Assembly: GCA_965207105.1 (NCBI GenBank)
Contig: CBDBLS010000043.1
Location: 30,318 to 94,317, forward strand
Length of the DNA: 64,000 nt
Direction of reading: 5' to 3'
DNA from: Roseovarius sp.
GTDB lineage: Bacteria > Pseudomonadota > Alphaproteobacteria > Rhodobacterales > Rhodobacteraceae
The notes under the pieces were generated by a model. That model was given only the letters and a program-made list of their open reading frames with translations. It made no database searches and was not told the DNA's origin. The position numbers were made by a program, and so were the translations under genes. Within the stretch, counting starts at the first letter, position 1; each line of letters begins with the position of its first letter. Below, one piece after another: positions 32,263-45,085 of the stretch.

Positions 32263-32302
32263 CTGGCAGGACAAACCAGCCAGAGATTAGGGAGACTAAA
32301 TT

Positions 32303-33139
32303 ATGAAAAAGACACTGACAACAGCGGCAAGCGTGCTGGCCTTGAGTGCGATGACAACCACCGCCGCCCTGGCCGAATGCACCAACGAGCGTTGGAATTC
32401 CGTCATGGAGCGCGGCACATTGGTTGTCGGCGTAAAAGCCGATTACAAGCCCTGGGGGTTTCGCGATGAAAGCGGCGCAATCGTTGGCATGGAAATCGAC
32501 ATGGCCATGGATGTGGGCCGCGCCATGGGCGTCGATGTCGAACTGGTGGCTGTGCAATCCTCGAACCGGATGCAGTTTCTTGAGCAAGGCAAGATCGACC
32601 TGATGATCGCCACCATGTCGGATCGTGCGGACCGCCGCGAGATCGTCGGAATTCCGGGGCCGAACTATTACACCTCGGGCACCAATGTCATGTCGCCCAC
32701 TGCATTGGGTTTCACCGAATGGGAAGACCTGCGCGGCAAACCGGTTTGTGGCAAACAAGGCGCGTTCTACAACCAGATCGTGGAAGAACGTTACGGTGTC
32801 GAGATCGTAGCCTTCACCGGCAATGCCGAAGCCAAACAGGCGCTGCGCGACCGCAAATGCGTCGCCTGGGTCTATGACGACAGCTCGATCGGGTCTGATC
32901 TGGCCTCGGGCAACTGGGATGATTTCGAGATGCCGCTGGCCTCGGAAGATGACAATCCCTGGGGTCTGGCCGTGCCGCTGGAAGAGCAGAACTGCGTCTT
33001 TGGCAACTTCATGTCGGGCATGCAGTACAATTGGCACCGCGACGGCACGCTGATCGCGCTTGAGGCCAAGTGGGGCATCAAACCAACCACCTATCTGGCC
33101 GACAAGGCCGAGCGGTACGGCGACTGGCTGGCAGAATAA
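32303..33139 (+). CDS. Polar amino-acid ABC transporter substrate-binding protein
   Basis: Signal peptide; LVVGVKADYKPWGF, GKIDLMIATMS. Confidence 0.92.
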   Translation: MKKTLTTAASVLALSAMTTTAALAECTNERWNSVMERGTLVVGVKADYKPWGFRDESGAIVGMEIDMAMDVGRAMGVDVELVAVQSSNRMQFLEQGKIDLMIATMSDRADRREIVGIPGPNYYTSGTNVMSPTALGFTEWEDLRGKPVCGKQGAFYNQIVEERYGVEIVAFTGNAEAKQALRDRKCVAWVYDDSSIGSDLASGNWDDFEMPLASEDDNPWGLAVPLEEQNCVFGNFMSGMQYNWHRDGTLIALEAKWGIKPTTYLADKAERYGDWLAE

Positions 33140-33186
33140 TCCAGCCCTGAAACGGCGCCCTTCCCCTGCTGGAGGGGCGCATATGA

Positions 33187-33948
33187 TTGGACCCTCCTCG
33201 AATGGAAGACTTCTTCCGCGACCTGGCCGCTGACGCGCCGCGCTGGAACTTCATCTGGATGTATGATGAACGCCAGCAGGGGAAGGTGCTGGCCGGGCTT
33301 TGGATGACCATCAAACTCAGCGTGATGTGCCTGATCCTGTCGGTGATCATCGGGCTGGTCGGGGCGTGGATGCAGGGCGCGCGCTCGACCGTGGTGCGCG
33401 CAGTCGTGCAGGGCTATATCCAGTTTTTCCGCAACACGCCGCCAATGGTGCAACTGCTGTTTTTCTACTTTGCACTGGGGCAGTTCACCCCGGTGATCGC
33501 AGGCGATGACGGGTGGACAGTGCAGCCGATCATCTCAAACGTTGGCTGGGCTGTGATCTCGCTCAGCCTGTTCGCAGGCGCGTTCAACGTCGAAATTTTT
33601 CGCGCCGGGATTGAGGCGGTGCCCGAAAGCACGGTCGAGGCCGCCGAGTCGCTCGGCTTTAGCCGCCTGCAAATCTATCTCTATATCGTGCTGCCGCTGG
33701 CCTTCCGGGTGTGCCTGCCTGCGCTGAACAACAACCTTGTGAATCTGGTGAAAACCACCACGCAGGCCTATGCGATTGCGGTGCCCGAACTGCTCTATCA
33801 CTCAGTCTCGATCTGGAATGATTTTCCCTCGGCGCAGTATCCCACCATGCTGCTGGTCTTTGTGTCCTACATCCTGCTGGTCGCCATTCTTGTCTTTGGC
33901 ATGAGCCGCTGGGAACGCACGCTGAAAATTCCGGGGTATGGCACATGA
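33187..33948 (+). CDS. Amino-acid ABC permease
   Basis: FRNTPPMVQL, EIFRAGIEAV, EAAESLG. Confidence 0.92.
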   Translation: MDPPRMEDFFRDLAADAPRWNFIWMYDERQQGKVLAGLWMTIKLSVMCLILSVIIGLVGAWMQGARSTVVRAVVQGYIQFFRNTPPMVQLLFFYFALGQFTPVIAGDDGWTVQPIISNVGWAVISLSLFAGAFNVEIFRAGIEAVPESTVEAAESLGFSRLQIYLYIVLPLAFRVCLPALNNNLVNLVKTTTQAYAIAVPELLYHSVSIWNDFPSAQYPTMLLVFVSYILLVAILVFGMSRWERTLKIPGYGT

Positions 33949-34829
33949 GACGTATTCCCGGTGTGAACACGCCCGGCAACGGGCTGGCGGTGCTCAAACC
34001 TTTCGACACCAAGGCGCATGTGCCCGACGGCTATATCTTTACCCGCTGGGTGGCGAACCTGCCTTGGTGGACGCCGGTTTTGTTGCTCGCCGTGATGGCG
34101 ATCTGGCCCTCGATTGCTTACGCGCAAAGCCGGTTCAGCACGGGCGAGGCCTTTGGCGCGTTGTGGCGATGGATGCCGTTCCTGTTGTGGTCAGGGTTCG
34201 TGTTCAACGTGATCATCTCGGTTTTGGCGATGGCCATTGGCACGGTGGCAGGCGCGGCCCTTGGGTTGGCGCAAATCTCGCCCCTGAAACCCCTGCGCTA
34301 TGCTGCGTGGTTTATCACGCAACTGTTTCGCAACTCACCCTGGCTGGTGCTGTTGTTCATCGTGCTGCTGGCCTTCCCGTTTGAAATCAACATCTTTGCT
34401 GTGACCATCCGCATCCCCGACTGGATGAAAGGGGTGATCGGCCTGTCCCTGCCGGTGATGGCCAACATCTCGGAAGTGGTGCGCGGCGCAGTGCAATCGG
34501 TGCCCACCGCGCAATGGGAGGCCGCTGAAAGCCTGGCCTTTTCACGCCGCCAGATCCTGTGGCAGATCATCCTGCCGCAATGTTACAAACGCATGTTGCC
34601 GCCCTGGATGAACTGGTACGCAATCCTGACCATGGCCACGCCCCTGTGCAGCCTGCTGGGGATCGAGGAAATCATTACCCTGTCGCGTCAGGCGATGGAG
34701 GCCGAAGACAATCACCCCGAACTTCTGGTGCCGTTCTTCGGATTCGCGCTGATGATGTTCTTTATCTACTGCTATCCCATTGCCCGGCTGACCATGCGGC
34801 TGGAGCGTAAATTCGCCGTGAAACTATGA
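33945..34829 (+). CDS. Amino-acid ABC permease
   Basis: FRNSPWLV, EVVRGAVQSV, EAAESLA. Confidence 0.92.
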   Translation: MRRIPGVNTPGNGLAVLKPFDTKAHVPDGYIFTRWVANLPWWTPVLLLAVMAIWPSIAYAQSRFSTGEAFGALWRWMPFLLWSGFVFNVIISVLAMAIGTVAGAALGLAQISPLKPLRYAAWFITQLFRNSPWLVLLFIVLLAFPFEINIFAVTIRIPDWMKGVIGLSLPVMANISEVVRGAVQSVPTAQWEAAESLAFSRRQILWQIILPQCYKRMLPPWMNWYAILTMATPLCSLLGIEEIITLSRQAMEAEDNHPELLVPFFGFALMMFFIYCYPIARLTMRLERKFAVKL

Positions 34830-34838
34830 GGACACGCT

Positions 34839-35585
34839 ATGACCTGGACCTCTGAACAACCGATCATTTCGATCAAGGATGTGCATAAATCCTTCGGCTC
34901 TCTCGAAGTGCTGAAAGGCGTCAGCATCGATGTGATGAAAGGTGAGGTGATCTGCATCATCGGCCCATCGGGCTCGGGCAAATCCACGCTGATCCGCTGT
35001 ATCAACGGGCTGAATGATATCCAGCAAGGCTCGATCACTGTCGAAGGCCTGGAGGTGCATGATGCCAACCTCGACAGGCTGGAATTGCGCAAGAAGGTCG
35101 GCATGGTGTTCCAGCAGTACAACCTGTTCCCGCATAAGACCGCACTGGAAAACGTGATGATGGCACCGATCAAGGTGCTTAAGCAGGACAAGGCCGAGGT
35201 GGAAAAACGCGCCCTTGAGCTGATGAAAAAGGTGCGACTGGACGGTAAGGAACACAGCTATCCCGGTGAACTATCGGGTGGGCAACAACAGCGTGTTGCG
35301 ATTGCAAGGTCGCTGGCGATGAACCCCGATGTGATGCTGTTTGACGAAGTCACCGCCGCACTTGACCCTGAAACGGTGAAAGAAGTGCTGGTCACAATCA
35401 AGGATCTGGCCGCCGAGGGGATGACCTGCATCCTTGTGACCCATGAGATGGGCTTTGCCCGCGAGGTCGCCGATCACATCTATTTCACCGATCGCGGCGT
35501 CATCGTGGAACACGGCCCCCCGGCCACATTCTTTACCGAGGCCAGCGATCCGCGTACCCGCGAATTCCTCAGCCAGATTCTTTAA
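34839..35585 (+). CDS. Amino-acid ABC ATPase (GlnQ-like)
   Basis: GPSGSGKS, LSGGQQQR, VTHEMGFA. Confidence 0.95.
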   Translation: MTWTSEQPIISIKDVHKSFGSLEVLKGVSIDVMKGEVICIIGPSGSGKSTLIRCINGLNDIQQGSITVEGLEVHDANLDRLELRKKVGMVFQQYNLFPHKTALENVMMAPIKVLKQDKAEVEKRALELMKKVRLDGKEHSYPGELSGGQQQRVAIARSLAMNPDVMLFDEVTAALDPETVKEVLVTIKDLAAEGMTCILVTHEMGFAREVADHIYFTDRGVIVEHGPPATFFTEASDPRTREFLSQIL

Positions 35586-35792
35586 ATCGCACTTTGTCAC
35601 AGGCACTTAGGACCCTCAGCAATTGCAGTGCGCCGACATTCCGCGTAAGGTTAACCCAACGGGGTATGTGGTTACGGATTGGTTTAGCACTCAGGGTCGG
35701 CGCAACTACCTGCGTATCTCTCGATTAACCCTTGGACAGTTTGAGCAGCTTAGTTTGCCCCTCGCACTTGGACCATCGGGACGGGAACCCCT

Positions 35793-36500
35793 ATGAAACG
35801 CATCGAGAATCTCGATATGATCCGCACCTCGCTGCTGTTGCGCAGCCTGCCGGATGAGGCCGTTGACATCTTGCTGCAGGATGCCTCCGTGCGCTCTGCC
35901 ACACGGGGCGAGACGATCTTTCTTCAGGGTGAGCCGGCCAATGCGATTCACATCGTCGCCGAGGGTTGGGTCAAACTCTACCGCGTGTCGCCCAACGGCA
36001 ACGAGGCGGTGGTGAACGTCTTTACCCGTGGTCACAGTTTTGGCGAGGCGGTGGCCTTTCGCCTGGGCACCTACCCGGTGTCCGCCGAGGCGGTGACCGA
36101 TTGCAAGCTGCTGGCGATTTCATCGCGCACCTTCATCAACCTTCTGAAACATGATCCCGAAGTCGCAATTGCGGTGATCGCCTCGACCTTCGCGCATCTC
36201 AATCAACTGGTGGGTCAGGTCGAGCAGATGAAGGCTCAGACCGGTGCACAACGTGTGGCCGATTTCCTGCTGGAACTTTGCGATTGCAATACCGGAAGCT
36301 GCACAGTCACCCTGCCCTATGACAAGGCGCTGATCGCCGGGCGTTTGGGCATGAAACCCGAAAGCCTGTCGCGCGCCTTTACCAAGTTGAAACCGGTCGG
36401 TGTCAGCGTTTTGCGCAACCACGCCACGATCAAGGATGTCGAGGGCCTGATGACCTATGCCGAAGAAGACCCGGCCTCGGCCTGGGGCAAAGCGCTGTGA
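35793..36500 (+). CDS. Crp/Fnr-family regulator (Dnr/NnrR-like)
   Basis: cNMP domain FGEA; HTH IAGRLGMKPESLSRAF. Confidence 0.9.
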   Translation: MKRIENLDMIRTSLLLRSLPDEAVDILLQDASVRSATRGETIFLQGEPANAIHIVAEGWVKLYRVSPNGNEAVVNVFTRGHSFGEAVAFRLGTYPVSAEAVTDCKLLAISSRTFINLLKHDPEVAIAVIASTFAHLNQLVGQVEQMKAQTGAQRVADFLLELCDCNTGSCTVTLPYDKALIAGRLGMKPESLSRAFTKLKPVGVSVLRNHATIKDVEGLMTYAEEDPASAWGKAL

Positions 36501-36989
36501 GCCGCCTGGAGGCGGCGCTGGCAGCGATTGATGTCGCAAATCCCCACGATCCCAAGCTTGACGAGGGCCAACCAGAGGCACAGCTTTATGGTCAGCGGAT
36601 GAGCGAAGAGGTCGCGCGGCTGTTCCCGGACGCGTCTGAGCCGTTGCAGATCGCCGCCCGAGGTCAGCATATCGAACGCTGGACCCTCAAGCGCAAAGAC
36701 TTCCCGGAAGGGCGTGCAGGCTATCTGGATTGGCGCAGTGCATTGGCCCGCCATCACGCCACCCGCGTAGGGGAGATCATGATCGCCGCTGGCTATTCCA
36801 GCGACGCGGCCGACGCCGCAGGCCGCATGATCCGCAAAGAGGGCATCAAGCGCGACGCCGAGGTGCAGGCATTGGAAGATGTGATCTGTTTTGTCTTCCT
36901 GAAATGGTATTTCGCGCCGTTCTCGGGCACGCAATCGCCCGAGAAACTTGAGCGGATCGTGGCCAAAACCGCCCGCAAAATGTCAGCTA
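36497..36989 (+). pseudogene. DUF4202-family protein, 3' end replaced by IS21
   Basis: YGQRMS, AARGQHIERW, GYLDWR, QALEDVICFVFL, KTARKMS. Confidence 0.75.
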
Positions 36990-39210
<2,221 letters not shown>

Positions 39211-39473
39211 AACGCGGAGCAATATTGGGCCACAGAAGCGGCTGCATATCGCAGTTGTAGCGGAGTAAAAGTCCGCCAGTTTGTGCCCTTCGTTTATTCG
39301 GAGGGCGGGAGATGTATTCTGTGGATATTTATAGTCGTGTGCGCCGTGCTTGTTTGAAGGACGGTATGTCTGGCCGAGAAGCGGCGCGGTTTTTCAACAT
39401 GGCGTAATCAGGATCAGCACTCAGTTACCCCTGTTATTCTGGATGCACATGCAATTGAAAAGGAGACTGACCA

Positions 39474-40487
39474 ATGGAATATTTTGCTGGTTTGGATGTG
39501 TCCATGGAAGAGACGCATATCTGCATTCTGGATCGTGAAGGGGCCCTTATTCGTGAAGGAAAAGCGAGCTCAACACCAAAAGCGATCGCTGACTTCCTCG
39601 CTTCTGGACCACCATGTGCCAAAGTTGTATTTGAAACGGGACGGATGGCACCAATGCTTTACCATGGGCTGACGGAGCTTGGTGTCCCGGTTGTTTGCAT
39701 CGAGAGCAGGCAAGCATATCAGGCCCTTAAATCTCTGGCCGGCCACAAGACGGACCGCAATGATGCCCGCGGTTTGGCACACCTGGCGCGGACGGGATTC
39801 TACAAGCCGACCCATGTCAAATCACTGTCAGCGCACGCAATCCGGTCGCTGATCGCAGCCCGCAAGAAGCTGGTCGGACAGCGTGTGACGCTCGACAATC
39901 AGATCCGCGGTCTGGTCGTCGTCTTCGGCGTGCGGCTGCCACGAGCTTTGTCTCCGGCATTCAAAAACGCGGCGCTAAAAGTTAGCGATGGAGTGCCTGG
40001 CCTCCATGCCGCAATTTGCGGACTGTTCGCAGCACGCGAAGCAATCCTCGCGGCGGTTGCAGCCATTGATGGCGACATCAAAAAGATGACCCGCAAATCC
40101 GAAGTCTGCCAGCGCCTTATGACGGTACCAGGGGTCGGTCCGATCACAGCATTGGCCTTTGCCGCAGCAATTGATGATCCGTCGCGTTTCAGGAAATCGC
40201 GTGATGTGGGGGCGTATCTTGGACTGGTGCCGCGACGGCATCAATCTGGTGAAATCGACTACACGGGCAGCATCTCAAAGCGGGGCGACGTGCGCGTCAG
40301 AACGCTTCTCTATGAGGCCGCCAATGTGATGCTGACGCGGTATGCCGCTCCGCTCAAATTGAAGACATGGGCCCTCGCAATCGGTGCGCGCTCAACGATG
40401 AGAAAGGCCCGAGTGGCTCTGGCGCGTCGTCTGGCAATCATACTTCATGCCATTATGCGAGACAAAACTGACTTCCAGTCCGCGTAA
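39474..40487 (+). CDS. IS110-family DEDD recombinase/transposase
   Basis: Same protein as 8492..9505. Confidence 0.95.
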   Translation: MEYFAGLDVSMEETHICILDREGALIREGKASSTPKAIADFLASGPPCAKVVFETGRMAPMLYHGLTELGVPVVCIESRQAYQALKSLAGHKTDRNDARGLAHLARTGFYKPTHVKSLSAHAIRSLIAARKKLVGQRVTLDNQIRGLVVVFGVRLPRALSPAFKNAALKVSDGVPGLHAAICGLFAAREAILAAVAAIDGDIKKMTRKSEVCQRLMTVPGVGPITALAFAAAIDDPSRFRKSRDVGAYLGLVPRRHQSGEIDYTGSISKRGDVRVRTLLYEAANVMLTRYAAPLKLKTWALAIGARSTMRKARVALARRLAIILHAIMRDKTDFQSA

Positions 40488-40732
40488 GGCTTACGAGGCG
40501 ACAACGAGGATTCCTAAATCAAAGTTCCCATCTGGGACGATGCCCGAGGGAGGGCGTGAGACACGGCGCCGATTCTGTAGCAACAGCCAAGACCAACGGT
40601 ATGATTGCGGTTTCAACATTGCCGACCCACACCCAGCCAACCCCATCATGAACCTCAGAGTTCGAAGAGAACAAAGGCAACCTCTGACATCAAAAGCAGG
40701 AAACTCAGGAAACACGCATTGACAGATTAGAG
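40488..40732 (+). ncRNA. Putative bridge/seek RNA
   Basis: TTTCAACAT (40611-40619) equals left junction; AGAGAACAAAG (40666-40676) equals right junction and lies in a TCAGAG/CTCTGA hairpin. Confidence 0.7.
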
Positions 40733-42144
40733 AACAAAGATCGTAAGACGATCGCGAAGATGCTGCGCCATGAACTTCCGCCTGGGTATCGTCGGTCGGA
40801 AGCGCCTCGGCGGCCAACGCTTGATGGTTATGTTGGTGTGGTCGATGAGATACTGCGCACAGACAAAGCCCTGATCAAAAAGCAGCGACACACGGCCAAG
40901 CGCATCTTTGAACGGCTGCGCGATGAGCATGGATATGCCGGCAGCCTGACCACGGTGACCTATTACGTGCGCGAGCAAAAACGGCGCACCAAAGAGGTGT
41001 TTGTGCCGTTGTCGCATCGGCCGGGCCATGCGCAGGTTGATTTTGGTGAGACGCTGGGCGTGATCGGTGGCGTGGAATGCAAGATCCACTTCTTCGTGAT
41101 GAGCTTGCCACATTCTGATGCGGTGTTTGTGAAGGGATATCCAGCTGAGACAACCGAGGCGTTTTGCGATGGCCATGTGTCCGCCTTTGCATTCTTTGGC
41201 GGCATTCCGCAATCCATTCTCTACGACAATACCAAGATCGCCGTGGCTCGGATACTCGGGGATAAGACGCGCATCCGCACACGTCGGTTTACGGAACTGC
41301 AGTCGCATTACTTGTTTGATGACAAGTTTGGCAGACCCGCGCGAGGGAACGATAAAGGCAACGTTGAGGGCATGGTTGGATACACCCGCCGCAACTTCAT
41401 GGTTCCCGCACCTCGCTATGACAGCTTTGATGATCTGAACGCACATTTGGAAGAGAAGTGTTTAGCACGTCAGGCCGATACGTTGCGGGGTCACACCCAA
41501 ACCATAGGCGCACGCCTGATGTCGGATTTGGATGCTCTGATGGGATTGCCCGTCGCAGAATATGAAGCCTGCGATCACGTCAGCACGCGTGCAACGTCGA
41601 TCTCAATGGTGCGCTATCGCAGCAATGATTACTCGGTGCCAGTAGCCTATGCGCACCACGATGTTCATGTGCGTGGGTTTGTGCATGAGGTTATCATCGG
41701 CTGCGGCAATGAGATTATTGCGCGGCACAAACGATCCTACACATCAGCGGATATGGTCTTTGACCCATTGCACTTTTTGCCCCTGCTTGAACAAAAGGTG
41801 GGTGCCCTGGATCAGGCCGCGCCTTTGCAGGGTTGGCATTTGCCAGATGTATTTGCCACGCTGCACCGACTGCTTGAAGCCAGAATGGGTAAGCCGGGCA
41901 AGCGAGAATACGTTCAAGTCTTGCGCCTTTTGGAGACCTTCGAAATGGATGTTGTGCAAGGCGCAATCCAGCAGGCAATAGATATGGGTGCAATTGGCTA
42001 TGACGCCGTAAAACACCTTGTACTGTGTCGGGTTGAGAAGCGGCCACCACGATTGGATTTGGACTTCTATCCATACTTGCCCAAGGCCAATGTCGGCACA
42101 ACACGCCCATCCAGTTACATGAGCTTGATGGGAAGGACCGCGGC

Positions 42145-42897
42145 ATGACCGAAGCCCCTCGGATTCTTCTACGGCATCATCTTAAACAACTGCGACTGCC
42201 AACGTTCCAAGGCGAGTATGCCAAACAGGCGCAGCTCTGTGCTGCAGAGAACAAAGATCACATCCACTATCTGGCGCGGCTGTGTGAGATGGAATTGATC
42301 GACCGCGAACGCCGGATGATTGAACGGCGCATCAAAGCGGCGAAGTTCCCCAGCACCAAGAGCTTGGATAGCTTTGACTTCAAGATCATGCCAAGCTTGA
42401 ACAAGCCCCTGACGATGGATCTGGCACGATGCGATTACGTTAATCGCAGGGAGAACATCATCGCGCTCGGCCCGTCAGGCACGGGCAAGACACACATCGC
42501 CCTGGGACTTGGGCTGGCTGCATGTCAAAGAGGACTGAAGGTGCGCTTCACAACGGCTGCGGCATTAGTCCATGATCTGATCGAGGCTCAAGATGAGCGG
42601 AGATTGCAGCGCCTTCAAAAGCAACTGACCAGCCAGAACCTGTTGATCATTGATGAACTGGGCTTCGTACCGCTCAGCAAATCTGGCGCAGAGCTGCTCT
42701 TCGAGGTCATATCCCAATGCTATGAACGCGGCTCCATCATCATAACCTCGAACCTGCCCTTCGATGAATGGACTGAAGTCTTTGGCTCTGAGCGGCTGAC
42801 CGGTGCGCTACTCGATCGTTTAACCCATCACGTCCACATCCTCGAGATGAATGGCGAAAGCTATCGGCTCAAACACAGTCGCAACAACCGAAAATAA
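42145..42897 (+). CDS. istB: IS21 helper ATPase
   Basis: Same protein as other type X copies. Confidence 0.95.
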   Translation: MTEAPRILLRHHLKQLRLPTFQGEYAKQAQLCAAENKDHIHYLARLCEMELIDRERRMIERRIKAAKFPSTKSLDSFDFKIMPSLNKPLTMDLARCDYVNRRENIIALGPSGTGKTHIALGLGLAACQRGLKVRFTTAAALVHDLIEAQDERRLQRLQKQLTSQNLLIIDELGFVPLSKSGAELLFEVISQCYERGSIIITSNLPFDEWTEVFGSERLTGALLDRLTHHVHILEMNGESYRLKHSRNNRK

Positions 42898-43062
42898 CCA
42901 GCCCGCAATCACAGTCAGAATAATGCTGGCCTTATGGCCAGCATGCGCTTTGGCACGCTTCAGCTTTGTGACGAGCACGCGTGCAAAAGCGCCACAAAAA
43001 CATCAACCGAAGTGGCCCATTTTTACGCCGCGACATGGACCCATTTTACTCTGCGATTGACA

Positions 43063-44186
43063 CATCCGCCCGGGCATGCGCAGGCGGATTTTGGTGAAGC
43101 GCCTGTCGTGATTGGCGGCGTTGAGCGGAAGGCGCACTTCTTCGCCTTTGATCTGCCGCAGAGCGATGCGTGTTTTACACTGCGGCAACCACCGAGGCCT
43201 GGCTGGATGGGCATGTGCATGCCTTTGCTTTCTTTGGGGCGGTTCCCCTGTCGATCCTCTATGACAATGACCGCTGCCTGGTGGCGCGGATCCTGCCGGA
43301 CGGCACCCGGCAAAGAACCCAACGGTTCAGCGCAATGCTGTCGCATTATGTGGTCCGGGATCGCTACGGCCGTCCCGGCAAGGGGAACGACAAGGGAGCG
43401 GTCGAGGGGTTGGTCGGCTACGGGCGGCGCGACTTCATGGTGCCGATCCCGTCCTTTCCGGACCGGGATGCGTTCAACGCTCACCTGGAAGAGCAATGCC
43501 GCAAACGGCAGGACGATGTCCTGCGCGGACACAAGGCCAGCATCGGCGAACGGCTGCAAGCCGATCCGGCGGCAATGCAGGATTTGCCCGGCGCACCCTT
43601 CGAGGCCTGTGAGTTGCAAAGTGGCCAGGTCACATCGACATCGGTGCTGCGGTATCGCGGTAACGACTACTCGGTACCGGTCGCATATGGCCACCGCGCG
43701 GTCTGGATCAAGGGCTTCGTGATCCGCGTCGTTATCGGTTGCGCCACTGAGGTGATCGCCGATCATCCCCGCTCTTATGACAGCGGTGACATGGTGTTCG
43801 ACCCGCTGCATTACCTGCCGCTGATCGAGCGCAGGATCATGTCCTTCGATCAGGCTGCGCCCTTGCAGGGTTGGGAACTGCCTGACGCCTTCGCCACGCT
43901 CCGGCGCTTGCTGGAAGCCCGGCAGGGCAAGGCGGGCAAAAGGGAGTATGTCCAGGTCCTGCGCCTGTCGGAACGGTTCGAGCTGGAGGTGCTGCATCTT
44001 GCCGTCAAAGACGCCCTGCGAATGGGGGCGGTCAGCTTCGATGCGATCAAGCACCTCGTCCTGTGCCGCGTCGAGCGAAGGCCCCCGAGGTTGGATTTGG
44101 ATGTCTATCCGTTCCTGCCCGGAACCAACATCGCCACCACCTCGGCTTCTTCCTGTATGAGCCTTCTGTCAGGAGGTGACGCATGA
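43063..44186 (+). pseudogene. istA: IS21 transposase remnant
   Basis: ILYDND, GNDKGAVEGLVG, DQAAPLQGW; frameshift near 43180. Confidence 0.88.
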
Positions 44187-44947
44187 CGGATGCACCCGAA
44201 CTGCCGCTGACACACCACCTCAAGACTCTGCGCCTGCCCACCTTCCTGCGCGAGCATGACAAGCAAGCGCGCATTTGTGCGGCGGAAGGCCTGGATCATG
44301 TGCGCTATCCAGCCCGGCTGACCGAGCTGGAACCAATCGATCGGGAGAGGCGCATGGTCGAGCGCCGGATCAAGGCGGCAAAGTTTCCAACCGTCAAAAG
44401 CCTCGACAGCTTCGACTTTACGGCCATCCCCGGTCTGAACAAGATGATGGTGCTGGAACTGGCGCGCTGTGAATGGATCGAGCGCAGGGAGAACGTCATC
44501 GCGCTCGGCCCGTCGGGAACCGGCAAAACCCATGTCGCTCTCGGGTTGGGGCTGACCGCCTGCCAGAAAGGGTTGCCTGTCGCCTTCGTAACCGCCGCAG
44601 CTCTCGTGCACGGGATGATGGAGGCCCGCGACGAGAAACGCCTCCGGCAGCTTCAGCGCAAACTGGCCAAGGTCAAACTGCTGATCATCGACGAGCCGGG
44701 CTTCGTCCCCTTGAGCAAAACCGGCGCCGAGCTTCTGTTCGAGCTGATCTCTCAGCGCTGCGAGCGTGGCTCAACCCTGATCACATCGAACCTGCCCTTC
44801 GAGGAATGGACCGAGACATTCGGCACCGAACGCTTGACCGGCGCGCTCCCGGACCGGCTGACACATCACGTCAACATCCTCGAGATGAACGGCGAAAGCT
44901 ACCGCCTCAATCAGAGCCGCGCACGTATTGCCAACCCTTCAACCTGA
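44183..44947 (+). pseudogene. istB: IS21 helper ATPase, full-length but L->P riddled
   Basis: DEPGF, GALPDRL, RYPARL, LEPIDRE vs DELGF, GALLDRL, HYLARL, MELIDRE in the type X paralog. Confidence 0.88.
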
Positions 44948-45085
44948 CAACTGAACAATCGGCCTGACGGCCAATGCGCCTTGGAACGTGCTTGCTGATT
45001 GGTGGCCACACGCCCCAAGGCGCACTCCACAAACTGGCCGACTTTTGCTCCGCCCCAGTGGCCGGATTTTACTCCGCCGTTGACA

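Larger units (their letters stand above)
30112..32290 (+). pseudogene. RpiR/MurR-family regulator disrupted by IS110 and a tandem duplication
   Basis: LSPQLRKAARYVVEHP HTH; SIS domain resumes at 31574; original stop 32288-32290. Confidence 0.88.
39400..40736 (+). mobile_element. IS1111-type IS110 element, copy 2
   Basis: AACA at 39396-39399 and 40733-40736; short subterminal TAATC/GATTA IR; TTGACA 40719-40724. Confidence 0.9.
39312..42148 (+). pseudogene. istA: IS21 transposase interrupted by IS1111
   Basis: N-terminal 29 codons 39312-39398; remainder after 40736. Confidence 0.92.
43063..45085 (+). mobile_element. IS21-family element (type Z), 5' truncated, hypermutated
   Basis: istA remnant from HPPGHAQADF, istB, right end TTTTACTCCGCCGTTGACA. 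Confidence 0.88.

Noticed and set aside
35678-35692. TTAGCACTC half-CIRCE and TTAACC half-sites before the Crp/Fnr gene
   Set aside because: No correctly spaced second half-site.
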